From positions 1-64,000 of the forward strand of contig JBILLK010000015.1 of NCBI GenBank assembly GCA_044376115.1: 64,000 nt of DNA, given 5' to 3'. The DNA comes from Polyangiaceae bacterium (GTDB taxonomy: Bacteria; Myxococcota_A; Polyangia; Polyangiales; Polyangiaceae). Each line of letters starts with the position of its first letter. The stretch's first letter is position 1. Both the position numbers and the translations under genes were made by a program. The notes beneath the pieces are model-generated. The model did no database searches, had not been told where the DNA came from, and was given only the letters and a program-made list of their open reading frames with translations. This document shows positions 43,497 to 52,587 of this stretch, in pieces.

Positions 43497-43612
43497 GCCC
43501 TGCGTGAGGGGAAGGTGCCCGCTGGCGTGTGCTCGGCACGCCGGCGACGCACTTTCTGATATGACGCCGCGATGAACCCTTCGTTCGTTCGAACGCGCTA
43601 GGAGCAGTTGGT

Positions 43613-44239
43613 ATGGCCATCGCCGTGGATCCGCACCCCCTGCTCGACCCCATCGTTTTTGAGACAAACTTCCGGGCGTCGCTGGTTACGCTCAGCGCCG
43701 AGTCCACGCTTTTCACCTTGCTAGCGGCGGATGCGAAAGCGCCCGTCTCGTCATCCGACGACGTGCGCGGTGCCGTCCGCGACCTATTGCGACAAGGCGG
43801 CTACAAGCCGACAGGACGCGGAAAGCCTGCCTCCGAGTACCTATTGCGTGCGGTCGGAGAAGGAGCCCTTCGTAGCATCAACCCAGCCGTCGATGCCTGC
43901 AACGCGGCCTCCTACCACAGCGGCCTCCCGATCAGCGTCGTCGACCTCGATAAAGCCAAACCTCCGTTTCGACTCGGGCTCGCACCGGCCGGGACAGCCT
44001 ATGTTTTCAATCCAGCCGGCCAGACCATCGACGTGGCTGGACTGCTCTGCTTGTTCGACGCCGACGGGCCATGTGCCAACGCCGTCAAAGACTCGCAGCG
44101 CACGAAGACCGACGATCAGACACAACGAACCCTCACCGTGATTTGGGGGACGCGCGCGCTACCGGAGCACACGCAGCGGACATTTGATTGGTATCAGAGC
44201 CTGCTCTTGCCCTTTGCTAGCCGCCTTGAACGTTACTAG
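43613..44239 (+). CDS. Stand-alone B3/4 domain protein (PheT editing domain-like)
   Basis: GYKPTGRGKPASEYL and INPAVDACN..SGLPISVVD. Confidence 0.85.
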   Translation: MAIAVDPHPLLDPIVFETNFRASLVTLSAESTLFTLLAADAKAPVSSSDDVRGAVRDLLRQGGYKPTGRGKPASEYLLRAVGEGALRSINPAVDACNAASYHSGLPISVVDLDKAKPPFRLGLAPAGTAYVFNPAGQTIDVAGLLCLFDADGPCANAVKDSQRTKTDDQTQRTLTVIWGTRALPEHTQRTFDWYQSLLLPFASRLERY

Positions 44240-44242
44240 CCA

Positions 44243-45472
44243 TCACTGACACTGGAAGCCGACAAAGAACTTGTCGTCGTCGTTGACGTCACCGTCGGTC
44301 GAAAGACCAAACAGCTGCACATTGTCCGGCCCTAACTGCGTGGCTGCGCAGGTATTGTCGAGACCACTGTCGTTCGAGCAGAAGCCGTCTCCCGCGCGGC
44401 CCCACTTCGCGGGCGGAGAGGTGCAGCCGTTGCAGCCATCGATCCAGCCGAAGGTCAGCCGACAGCGCGGCCGTACCTGCGTGAGCAAGTCCTCAGCTGG
44501 GCTTTCGCACATCAACTCGCCACTCGCAAGGATGGCCTTAACCGCTTGACCGACTGGGCACATCTCCGCGGCAGGCGCCGCTTCGCCGACGACGGCTGCA
44601 CAGCTCATACCTACGTAAAATTTATCATTGCCGTCGACGTCCCCGCCGGTCGACAGCCCAAACAAGTATACTTGCTCGGCACCAAGCATCGTTGGCACAC
44701 AAGTATCTCCCGCAGCGACGATCGCTGAGCAGTTATCCGTAGCGACTCGCCCCCAGTGCGTAGGCGCTGAGCTGCAGGCGTCACAACCGTCTCGCCAGCC
44801 CCAATAGAGCGAGCAGCGTTCACGCACGGCTTGGAGTGCAAACGCGGAGGCCGGTGCACATACTGGAGCCTGCCCGGAGAAACCAATCAGCCACGACCCG
44901 GCGCCGCAGGCTCCAGCCCCGGGCGTTTGAGGGTCACAGCGGAACCCGAGATGTAGCTTGTCGTTTTCATCAACGTCGCCATCCGTGTTCAAGCCGAACA
45001 GCTGCACTGGGCTACCACTCAATACCGGGTTGGTGCAGGTGTTATCGAGCCCAGCTCCAAGCTCACAGCTGCTGCCATCTACGCGCCCCCACTTCGACGG
45101 AGGATCAGAGCAGGTCGTGCAACCGTCTCGAACACCTAAGTAGACGGAGCAACCATCATTGACCGAAGAGAGGCTCACTCTTTCTACGCCCGCGCAGACC
45201 AATTGGCCGTTAGCGTCGAGGCCAGTCGCCCAAGACCCGGCATTGCAATTACTGGCGATAACCGTGCCTCCCCCGGCGCCAGCGCCGCCTGTGGACTGGA
45301 CATCACCACCCATTCCGCCAAGGCCACCAAGCCCCCCCTGCCCACCACGGCCGCCGCCGCCGGTATCAGCGTCAGCGCCTGCCTGAGCGGTCCCACCCGC
45401 TCCGCCGGCTCCAATGGGGGTGCCCTCGGCGCAGGCAACCAGTAGCAGTAGCGGTAAACAACAGCGCCCCAT
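44243..45472 (-). CDS. Lipoprotein with Gly-rich linker and three Cys-rich repeats
   Basis: LVAC lipobox and three copies of C.L..G..DGC..C...P..WGR.....C.......TC....L....V.LFGL.T.GDV...DK...G..C. Confidence 0.82.
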   Translation of the reverse strand: MGRCCLPLLLLVACAEGTPIGAGGAGGTAQAGADADTGGGGRGGQGGLGGLGGMGGDVQSTGGAGAGGGTVIASNCNAGSWATGLDANGQLVCAGVERVSLSSVNDGCSVYLGVRDGCTTCSDPPSKWGRVDGSSCELGAGLDNTCTNPVLSGSPVQLFGLNTDGDVDENDKLHLGFRCDPQTPGAGACGAGSWLIGFSGQAPVCAPASAFALQAVRERCSLYWGWRDGCDACSSAPTHWGRVATDNCSAIVAAGDTCVPTMLGAEQVYLFGLSTGGDVDGNDKFYVGMSCAAVVGEAAPAAEMCPVGQAVKAILASGELMCESPAEDLLTQVRPRCRLTFGWIDGCNGCTSPPAKWGRAGDGFCSNDSGLDNTCAATQLGPDNVQLFGLSTDGDVNDDDKFFVGFQCQ

Positions 45473-45575
45473 TGGGGCAAGCGTAGCTGCATCGAGCCAA
45501 GGTGTGGCAGGACCTTTCGTCGACTGTCCAACTTGGCCACTGGCGGGACACGCAGGGATCGGCGAAAGAACAGGA

Positions 45576-46889
45576 ATGCGATTCTACGGTGCGCTGATCT
45601 GTATGCTTGGTGGCGCTTGTACGGCGACGCCTCCCCCGGAGCCGCAACGCCCGCCCGCCGTGGTGACAAGCCCCGCTCCAACCGTCACGGTTGCCCCCAC
45701 GCCAGTCCCACCGCCACCAAGAGCGCCGCAAGGCCTGCTCTCGCTCAGCTCCCAGGCGCCACTCTTTGCGCCCGAGGCAACCAAGCTCGAGCAGGCGGCA
45801 TTGCTCGCCCTCGAGCAACTGCCCAACGCCGACGTACTTGATCCGTCTGAGCTCGCCGCTCTCGACGAACTGGCGAAACAAGGCAAGGCCAAGCCGAACG
45901 GGCCTGTATGTCAATTAGCGCCAGCGGTAAGTGACGTATTCAGGGCTCAATACCCCGAGGGCCAGCAAGTTCATCTCGATCTCTCGTGTCTGGGTACAGA
46001 CTGCCAATCGAGGCTGCTGGTCTATCGCAAAGGAGAGGGGCCACGGGTGACCTCTCGTATCAGCGAGCACCGCACCTACTTTTCATCGCTGCAAGGCCCA
46101 GAGCCCGAGGTGGCTCGTATTGCCAAGGTTGACTTGCCCGCTTCGCTAGCCAGTTGGCAGGAGAGCCTTACGCGAGCTGGGCTCCCCTTTGCGAACTTTA
46201 CAGCGGCCAAACAACCGGAGGTCGTGCGCCGCGGATACGGCCCTTTGGAGGTCTATTCGATTGATGCCTTCGGTGCGTTTCCCAAACCAATAAAACCGAG
46301 CTCGTTTCCACGAGCCAAGTACGCCAAGTGCGAACGTGACTTCGGGTTGGCGCTGCTCGAAGTCGATCCGGCCGGGAAGGTCGGGAGCTGTGAGGGAGAC
46401 CCTTGCGTATGTTCCGGCTCAGCTTCACTGAAGCTAAGCCAGGGGGAAAGCCCCCGCCGTCTGCTCCTCAACGTTGGTCCAAGCGCCGGCGGCAAGGCTC
46501 CCAAGTTTGGGACGCTCAAGGCGGGAACGGGCTCCGCGAGCGGGCTCATGGCGGTGACTCGAGCTCCACGCGGCCGAATCAGCTACTCCCCTCCCGCGTC
46601 ACCATCCAACCAAATAGGCAGCAACTTTCGACGCGATTTGACCCGATGCCTCGACGTTGCGCAGACCGAACCGAGGGAAGTCCCGGTGACCTCCACCCTG
46701 GGCGAAGACGGCAAGGTGGAAGCGGTGGAGCTGGGCGCGCATACCTTCACCCCCGCGGAGGAAGCGTGCCTGAAGCGTGAACTTGGGCAGGTGATTTTTA
46801 CCTGCCCGGATCGGGCCGGCGCCAAAGCCGTTGGGAGCCTCAGCGTGACCCCGCCCAAAGAGAAAGTCACCAAAGAGAACGCTCGTTGA
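45576..46889 (+). CDS. Hypothetical lipoprotein
   Basis: MRFYGALICMLGGAC signal, a Pro-rich linker and paired cysteines. Confidence 0.7.
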   Translation: MRFYGALICMLGGACTATPPPEPQRPPAVVTSPAPTVTVAPTPVPPPPRAPQGLLSLSSQAPLFAPEATKLEQAALLALEQLPNADVLDPSELAALDELAKQGKAKPNGPVCQLAPAVSDVFRAQYPEGQQVHLDLSCLGTDCQSRLLVYRKGEGPRVTSRISEHRTYFSSLQGPEPEVARIAKVDLPASLASWQESLTRAGLPFANFTAAKQPEVVRRGYGPLEVYSIDAFGAFPKPIKPSSFPRAKYAKCERDFGLALLEVDPAGKVGSCEGDPCVCSGSASLKLSQGESPRRLLLNVGPSAGGKAPKFGTLKAGTGSASGLMAVTRAPRGRISYSPPASPSNQIGSNFRRDLTRCLDVAQTEPREVPVTSTLGEDGKVEAVELGAHTFTPAEEACLKRELGQVIFTCPDRAGAKAVGSLSVTPPKEKVTKENAR

Positions 46890-46911
46890 GCGGTGGGCGC
46901 GACCGCTTCAA

Positions 46912-48369
46912 CTAGCCCTTGGTGGGCCGGGTTTTCTTTTTCGCGCCGGCTTTGGCGGACGCCTGCCGCAAGTCTTTCGAGCGATCAAATCGGAGATTGT
47001 AGCGGTCAAGAATAACCGGGCCGCGCTCGTGTGCCTTTTGACGGTCCAAGGTGATCCGCTGGCCGTCTTCCAGCCCGACGGTGATGAACGGTCCGGTGTC
47101 TGACTCGATCAACGACACCATGTGACGCATGTTCGCCACCTGGACTCCGTTGACACTAGCGACCACGTGATTTTCGTATTCGTGGTAGCCCTGGTTCACT
47201 CGGTCCGCGAGCACCTTCTGGAGAATGATGACTTCCTGGCGCTCCGGGGTACGGATCTTGGTTTCGTAGATGGTGATTAGCTCATTAGGGGCCGATTTGA
47301 ACCACTCGTGCCCCCAGCTCTTGAGGTAGTCCCTCGAGAGAGGGGCAAACAGCAAACCGCCATAAACGAAGTAGGTTGGGTCTACATCGTATTGGTCCTC
47401 CAAGACGAGTAGCGCCGGGCGCTCGAGCTTTAGCTTGATGTCGAACACCTTCTTATCGCGCAGCGTCGTCAGCACGATCGGGTCATCGACGTGCTTGAGG
47501 GTGATTTTATGGCTGTGGTCAATCAACTCCCCTGCGCGTAGCTCCACGGTGCCATCGCGACCAATGGCGCCACCGTCGATCGCCAAAAGGACGTCCCCTT
47601 CTTGAAGGTGGCCCCAGGCCGTAGAGCCGTAGGCCACCCGCACGACGAGCACGCCGCCATCCGCTGGCTTTATCCCGAGCGACCGGCGCAAAGACTCTGA
47701 TTCGAGCCGCTGCCAAACTACGCCCAAGCTGGGGAAGAGCGCAGGACGACCAGCCTCGAGATCGCGCAGGAAGTGCTGCACGATGGGCAGCGCAATGGCA
47801 TAGGCAATGTTCTGGCTTTCGTCGAGGGATTGGAACGCTATACCAATTAGCTTGTTGCCCTGAAACACGGGCCCGCCGCTGTTACCAGCATTGACCGCTG
47901 CGTCGATCTGAATCGAAAGGAGCGGCCGCTGACTGTGTGCGTAGGCGGACACCTCGATGCGTGAAACCACCCCTTGGGTGATCGACAGGCGGTCACCGCC
48001 GATCGGGTAACCGCATACCGTGACCGAGTCCCCCAGGAGCGGCAGCGTGCCGAACTCGATCGGCTCGGCCCCTTCGAAGAACTCCTCCTTGCGAATGCGC
48101 AAGAGCGCGAGGTCGCACTCGTGGCTCACACCCTCGACCTCCGCTACATACTTCTTGGATTCGCCGCTCCGTCGAACCTCGACGAAGACCTGGTTCTGGA
48201 CCACATGGCCGTTTGTAATCACGCGAAGCCCGCGCTTCGTCATGATGATGGCCCCGGAGCCAGTGCTGCTTACCGGACCATGCGTCTGCCAGGGCTGCTC
48301 GTAGTCCGGGGCGTTCGACACGGTGAGGATTTTGACCACCGACCGAAGCTGTTTGGCCATTTTGGACAT
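46912..48369 (-). CDS. HtrA/Deg2-like serine protease with PDZ domains
   Basis: TNGHVV, ECDLAL, QIDAAVNAGNSGGP and YFVYGGLLFAPL. Confidence 0.92.
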   Translation of the reverse strand: MSKMAKQLRSVVKILTVSNAPDYEQPWQTHGPVSSTGSGAIIMTKRGLRVITNGHVVQNQVFVEVRRSGESKKYVAEVEGVSHECDLALLRIRKEEFFEGAEPIEFGTLPLLGDSVTVCGYPIGGDRLSITQGVVSRIEVSAYAHSQRPLLSIQIDAAVNAGNSGGPVFQGNKLIGIAFQSLDESQNIAYAIALPIVQHFLRDLEAGRPALFPSLGVVWQRLESESLRRSLGIKPADGGVLVVRVAYGSTAWGHLQEGDVLLAIDGGAIGRDGTVELRAGELIDHSHKITLKHVDDPIVLTTLRDKKVFDIKLKLERPALLVLEDQYDVDPTYFVYGGLLFAPLSRDYLKSWGHEWFKSAPNELITIYETKIRTPERQEVIILQKVLADRVNQGYHEYENHVVASVNGVQVANMRHMVSLIESDTGPFITVGLEDGQRITLDRQKAHERGPVILDRYNLRFDRSKDLRQASAKAGAKKKTRPTKG

Positions 48370-48385
48370 TTTGCGCCTCTTCTTT

Positions 48386-49669
48386 TCACAGAAGACCCCC
48401 GCTCTGCAAGAACTGCCGCTCAACCTCGGCGTAGTCGACTTCGACGTCCAAGCGAGCGAGCACGGAATAGAAGCCGAACTGGAGCCGATTCATGAAGATC
48501 ATCCCTTTAGGAACCGGCACGTTCTCCCCTTTTGGCAACTTGCGGGCGATCTTGGCCATCTCTTTCAGACGGGCGACCAAGTCGGCGGCATAGCTGCGGG
48601 TGATGCGGTAGGGCGAGCCAAATATTGGCTCGAAGCAGTAGCGTGAGTAGGTCACCGCGAGTTCCTCCCATTGCCCGCCTTGGGTCGCCAGCAGCCGTTT
48701 GGCGAAGAAGGCGAACTCGGATTCGTCTTTACGCAGTGCAGCCAAATGGAGCCCGCGGGCGTTCTCGCGACGCTCCCCGACGATCGGCTCGACGCAGCCA
48801 AAGTCGATGAAATAGACCTGTCCATGCTCACCAAAGATGTAGTTCCCGGGGTGAGGGTCTGCGTTGAACATGCCCCCAATCAAGTTGCCCTTGAAGACGA
48901 AGCGCCACATCGTCTCGGCGAAGGCGCGCCGCTCCGCTTCCGAGACCAGGCTCACTTCGGCCAGGCTTCTGCCCACGACGAGTTCACTCGTCAGCACCCG
49001 TTGGGAGGAACGGTCAGAAATGACCTCGGGGATGCGAATCGTCGGGTCGTTAAGGTGAATCGCGCGAAATTGCGATTGGCGAGTTGCCTCTAGTGAGTAA
49101 TCAAGCTCCTCCCGCAGGCGGACCTTCATCTCCTCGAACACCACCTTTGAATCAACCTTACGTCCGCCGGCGAGGCTGGCGAGCGGCTCGAGTACGCCTG
49201 CATTGGCTAAATCGTGCTCGACAGCCTCAGCCACCCCCGGGTGTTGAACTTTGACAGCGACTGCGCGTCCGTCAGCAAGCTCGGCTCGGTGGACCTGACC
49301 GATCGACGCGCTAGCGAACGGCGCCTGCTCGAAGTTGCGAAACAGCTTATCGAGCGGCTGCTCAAAGTCCGCTTCGATCGTCCGCTGGACCTCCGCAAAG
49401 CTAGAGGTCATCGCGTGGTCACGTAGCTTGCCGAGCGCTGCCTCGTACACCTCGCGATTGGCCTCCGGAATGACGCCGTCGACGTAACTCGCTATCTGAC
49501 CGACTTTGGCGGCCAGACCTCGCATTCGCCCCAAAACCTCAGCGGTGCGCTCAGCCGCGGCGTTCGCGCCGCCCTTGCTCAGGAGACTCATGCCGGTGCG
49601 TGCGCCCACCGAGGCGAGCATTGCAAAGCGCGACAACTTTCCCTGAGGGACCTTGCGATCGTCCGACAT
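48386..49669 (-). CDS. ABC1/UbiB atypical kinase
   Basis: AKVGQ, ASASIGQVH, VAVKVQHP, ELDY, ADPHPGN and IDFG. Confidence 0.92.
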   Translation of the reverse strand: MSDDRKVPQGKLSRFAMLASVGARTGMSLLSKGGANAAAERTAEVLGRMRGLAAKVGQIASYVDGVIPEANREVYEAALGKLRDHAMTSSFAEVQRTIEADFEQPLDKLFRNFEQAPFASASIGQVHRAELADGRAVAVKVQHPGVAEAVEHDLANAGVLEPLASLAGGRKVDSKVVFEEMKVRLREELDYSLEATRQSQFRAIHLNDPTIRIPEVISDRSSQRVLTSELVVGRSLAEVSLVSEAERRAFAETMWRFVFKGNLIGGMFNADPHPGNYIFGEHGQVYFIDFGCVEPIVGERRENARGLHLAALRKDESEFAFFAKRLLATQGGQWEELAVTYSRYCFEPIFGSPYRITRSYAADLVARLKEMAKIARKLPKGENVPVPKGMIFMNRLQFGFYSVLARLDVEVDYAEVERQFLQSGGLL

Positions 49670-49754
49670 GTCGCGGCAGCATCCCACGACCGCACTGAGG
49701 AATCTGCAACCAATGTGGGGTGAGTCAGTCCCCGGTCCATGGCATAACGCGCGA

Positions 49755-51221
49755 GTGACCGCCTCCAACGCATCTCTCGACGTCCTCTCGGCCTCTGCGC
49801 TCGAGGTTGCACGAGCCGTGCACTCGCGAGCCCTCTCTGCCCAAGAGGCGCTGGCTACCTGCATCGCTCGAATCGAAGAGGTAAACCCAGCGCTCAACGC
49901 CGTGGTCTACAAGCGGTATGAATCCGCACGGCGCGAGGCGGCCCGTATTGACGCCCTCTCGAATGAAGAGCGCAGGGCGCTGCCGCTCGCTGGTGTTCCG
50001 TGCACGATCAAAGAGTTCTTCGCGGTCGAAGGCGCCCCTTGGACTGGAGGCCTCGTCGCCCGAAAGAACCACCTCGCCGAAGCCGACGCTCCCACCGTCG
50101 CTCGACTGCGCGACGCCGGTGCCGTGGTGGTGGGAACCACCAATGTCCCCGAGGGAGGCATCTGGTTCGAGACGTACAACGGCGTCTACGGGCGGACGAA
50201 CAATCCGTGGGACCTGAAGCGAACCCCCGGTGGGTCTTCTGGGGGTGAGGGTGCCATCATCGCTGCGGGTGGCTCGGTTTTCGGGTTGGGCTCGGACATC
50301 GGCGGGTCGGTCAGGCTGCCGGCAGCCTTTTGCGGGATCGCCTCGCACAAGCCGACGGGACGCACCATCCCCAACACAGGCCAATTCCCTGCCCCAGCCG
50401 GTGAGGCTTTAACGCTGTTATCCCCGGGGCCGATGGCCAAACGCGCCAGCGACTTGATGCCGCTGCTACGGATCCTGGCCGGTCCCGACCAGGTTGACCC
50501 CTACTGCGAACACAGGGCACTCGGGGATCCTGACGCAGTGGATCTGGCGAAGCTCGTTGTTTACGTCGCCAAGGACAACGGGCGTTCTGGCTCCGAACGC
50601 GTCATGCAGGTAGCCGTGGAAGATGCTGCGCTAAGGCTCGAACGCCGCGGAGCCACCATTCGCACCTTCGATACAAAGAAGCTCGCGCCAGGGATGGAAC
50701 TCTGGGGCGCGACGCTCGCGGAGCTGTCTGAAGAGTCCTATGAAGCTATCCTCGCGTCGGGTTCGGGGCAGAGCGAGATCTCCATCCTGCGTGAACTAGC
50801 GCTCGCCTCGGTTGGGCGTTCCAACCATACCTTCGCCGCATTGGCGATTGGTGGTCTCAGCAACGTCATTCAAAAGCTAACCGCTAAACAGGCAAAAGGC
50901 CTATACCAGCAAGGGCAAGCGTTGAAGCGCGAGTTCAGCGAGCTACTAGGCAGTAATGGCATCCTTTTGATGCCTCCGTTTCCTTGCCCTGCTCCAAAGC
51001 ACCATGCTCCCTGGCGAATGCCGCTGGCGGCGGCGTATACTGCACTATTCAACGTCTTGGAGACGCCTGCGACGGTCGTGCCGGTTGGCTTCGAGCGGCG
51101 CGGGCTCCCCGTCACCGTGCAGATCGTGGCCGCGCAAGGCAATGACCATGTCGGTATCCGTGTAGCGGAGGTCTTGGAGACCGAGTTTGGCGGCTGGGTA
51201 TTGCCAACGGTGGGAGCATGA
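49755..51221 (+). CDS. Amidase-signature family protein
   Basis: GVPCTIKE, PGGSSGGEG and GSDIGGSVRLPA. Start is approximate. Confidence 0.92.
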   Translation: MTASNASLDVLSASALEVARAVHSRALSAQEALATCIARIEEVNPALNAVVYKRYESARREAARIDALSNEERRALPLAGVPCTIKEFFAVEGAPWTGGLVARKNHLAEADAPTVARLRDAGAVVVGTTNVPEGGIWFETYNGVYGRTNNPWDLKRTPGGSSGGEGAIIAAGGSVFGLGSDIGGSVRLPAAFCGIASHKPTGRTIPNTGQFPAPAGEALTLLSPGPMAKRASDLMPLLRILAGPDQVDPYCEHRALGDPDAVDLAKLVVYVAKDNGRSGSERVMQVAVEDAALRLERRGATIRTFDTKKLAPGMELWGATLAELSEESYEAILASGSGQSEISILRELALASVGRSNHTFAALAIGGLSNVIQKLTAKQAKGLYQQGQALKREFSELLGSNGILLMPPFPCPAPKHHAPWRMPLAAAYTALFNVLETPATVVPVGFERRGLPVTVQIVAAQGNDHVGIRVAEVLETEFGGWVLPTVGA

Positions 51222-52546
51222 AACCCGAGACCTTCGGCGAATGGTTGCTCATCGACAAGCTCTCGAAGCGCTCGATGACCGAGGTCTATCGGGCGGTGAA
51301 GCTCGGTGATCGGTCGGGTCGCTCCTTCGTCGTCAAGCGCGTGCCTCTGGGGGAGCCGGCCGCAGGCGCCATCGCGGAGTCGTTGCGGCGCGAGACTGCC
51401 GTATTGCGTAGCGAGGGACTCGTCGGATGTCCGCGCTATGTGGAGTCCTCCGACCTGGGCGGGCTTCCCTACCTCGTCCTCGAGTACGTCGAGGGAACCT
51501 CGCTTGACCGCCTGCTCTCAGTAGGGCCTTTGGCCCATGATATTGCGCTGGGCCTCGGCCGAGAGCTGGGGTTGGTGTTGGCCAAACTTCATGAAGTAGG
51601 CTTCGTCCACGGCGACATCAGCCCTGAGAACGTGCTGGTCGATGAGCTTGGCGAGGTCACCCTGATCGACTTCGGGCTCGCGTACAAACTCGGCGCGTCG
51701 CGGGATGGGCCGGGCGGAAAGCCTGGCTATACCTCTGCGGAGGCTGCGCTGGGGAAGCCGGCAACCGCCGCAGACGACGTGATGGCGTGGGGGATCATCG
51801 TGGCGGAGGCGATCTTGGGTCGGCACCTCTTTCACGAGACCGATCTTGCTGAGGCCGCAACACGAGCGGAGTCTCTCCCCGCCGAACTCGAGGCCCATCC
51901 GCTCCTGGCTCGGGCCCTCGCGCGGGATCCTGCGGTACGGCCGACCGCCCGCGAGCTCTGCGATACCGCTGAGACCGTTGACCGCTCGGTCCTCGGAGAG
52001 CTTGTCTCGGCGCTACATCGCAATCCTGAGGCGCCGCGCGTCGTGCGCTCCGCCCCCGTGTCGAGAACCGTGGCGCAGCTGCTCAAGCCGGTGGCAATAG
52101 CGGCACCGCCAATCGATGCGCGCACGCTGATCGAACAGACGAACAATGTTGCTCCGGCCAAGCCGGGGTTCAACAAGGCCACAATTGCGGCGCTCTCGCT
52201 TGGTTTAGTGTTCGCGCTGGGCCTTGGGCTGGTGATCGGTCGGCGCATGCAAGTCCGCAACGCCAAAGCCTCAATCACCTTCCCGATGTTACCGGCCCGG
52301 ACCGAGGTCGAGTTGGATGGTGCCGTGCTGCTCGTGCCGGAGCCCGGTCGAGCCATCCCGATCGAGCCGGGCAAGCATCGCGTCACCATCCAAATTGGGC
52401 GGCGAGAGGCGACCGACTACGAGTTCATGGCAGCGCCTGGCGATCACATCGTGGTGGTAAGCGTAAACCCCGCCAAGGCGGGGCTGGCGGAGAGCGCCGA
52501 AAAAGAGCCTGAACGCCCGCGGGGCAAGGTACGAAAGAACCAATAG
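51218..52546 (+). CDS. Divergent membrane Ser/Thr kinase with PEGA-like C-terminus
   Basis: VVKR, HGDISPEN, DFG and GKPGY; degenerate Gly-loop; TM helix; PGKHRV. Confidence 0.82.
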   Translation: MKPETFGEWLLIDKLSKRSMTEVYRAVKLGDRSGRSFVVKRVPLGEPAAGAIAESLRRETAVLRSEGLVGCPRYVESSDLGGLPYLVLEYVEGTSLDRLLSVGPLAHDIALGLGRELGLVLAKLHEVGFVHGDISPENVLVDELGEVTLIDFGLAYKLGASRDGPGGKPGYTSAEAALGKPATAADDVMAWGIIVAEAILGRHLFHETDLAEAATRAESLPAELEAHPLLARALARDPAVRPTARELCDTAETVDRSVLGELVSALHRNPEAPRVVRSAPVSRTVAQLLKPVAIAAPPIDARTLIEQTNNVAPAKPGFNKATIAALSLGLVFALGLGLVIGRRMQVRNAKASITFPMLPARTEVELDGAVLLVPEPGRAIPIEPGKHRVTIQIGRREATDYEFMAAPGDHIVVVSVNPAKAGLAESAEKEPERPRGKVRKNQ

Positions 52547-52587
52547 TTCCTTTCCAACAGACACTCTTCTGTTATAGGAGAAGAGCA

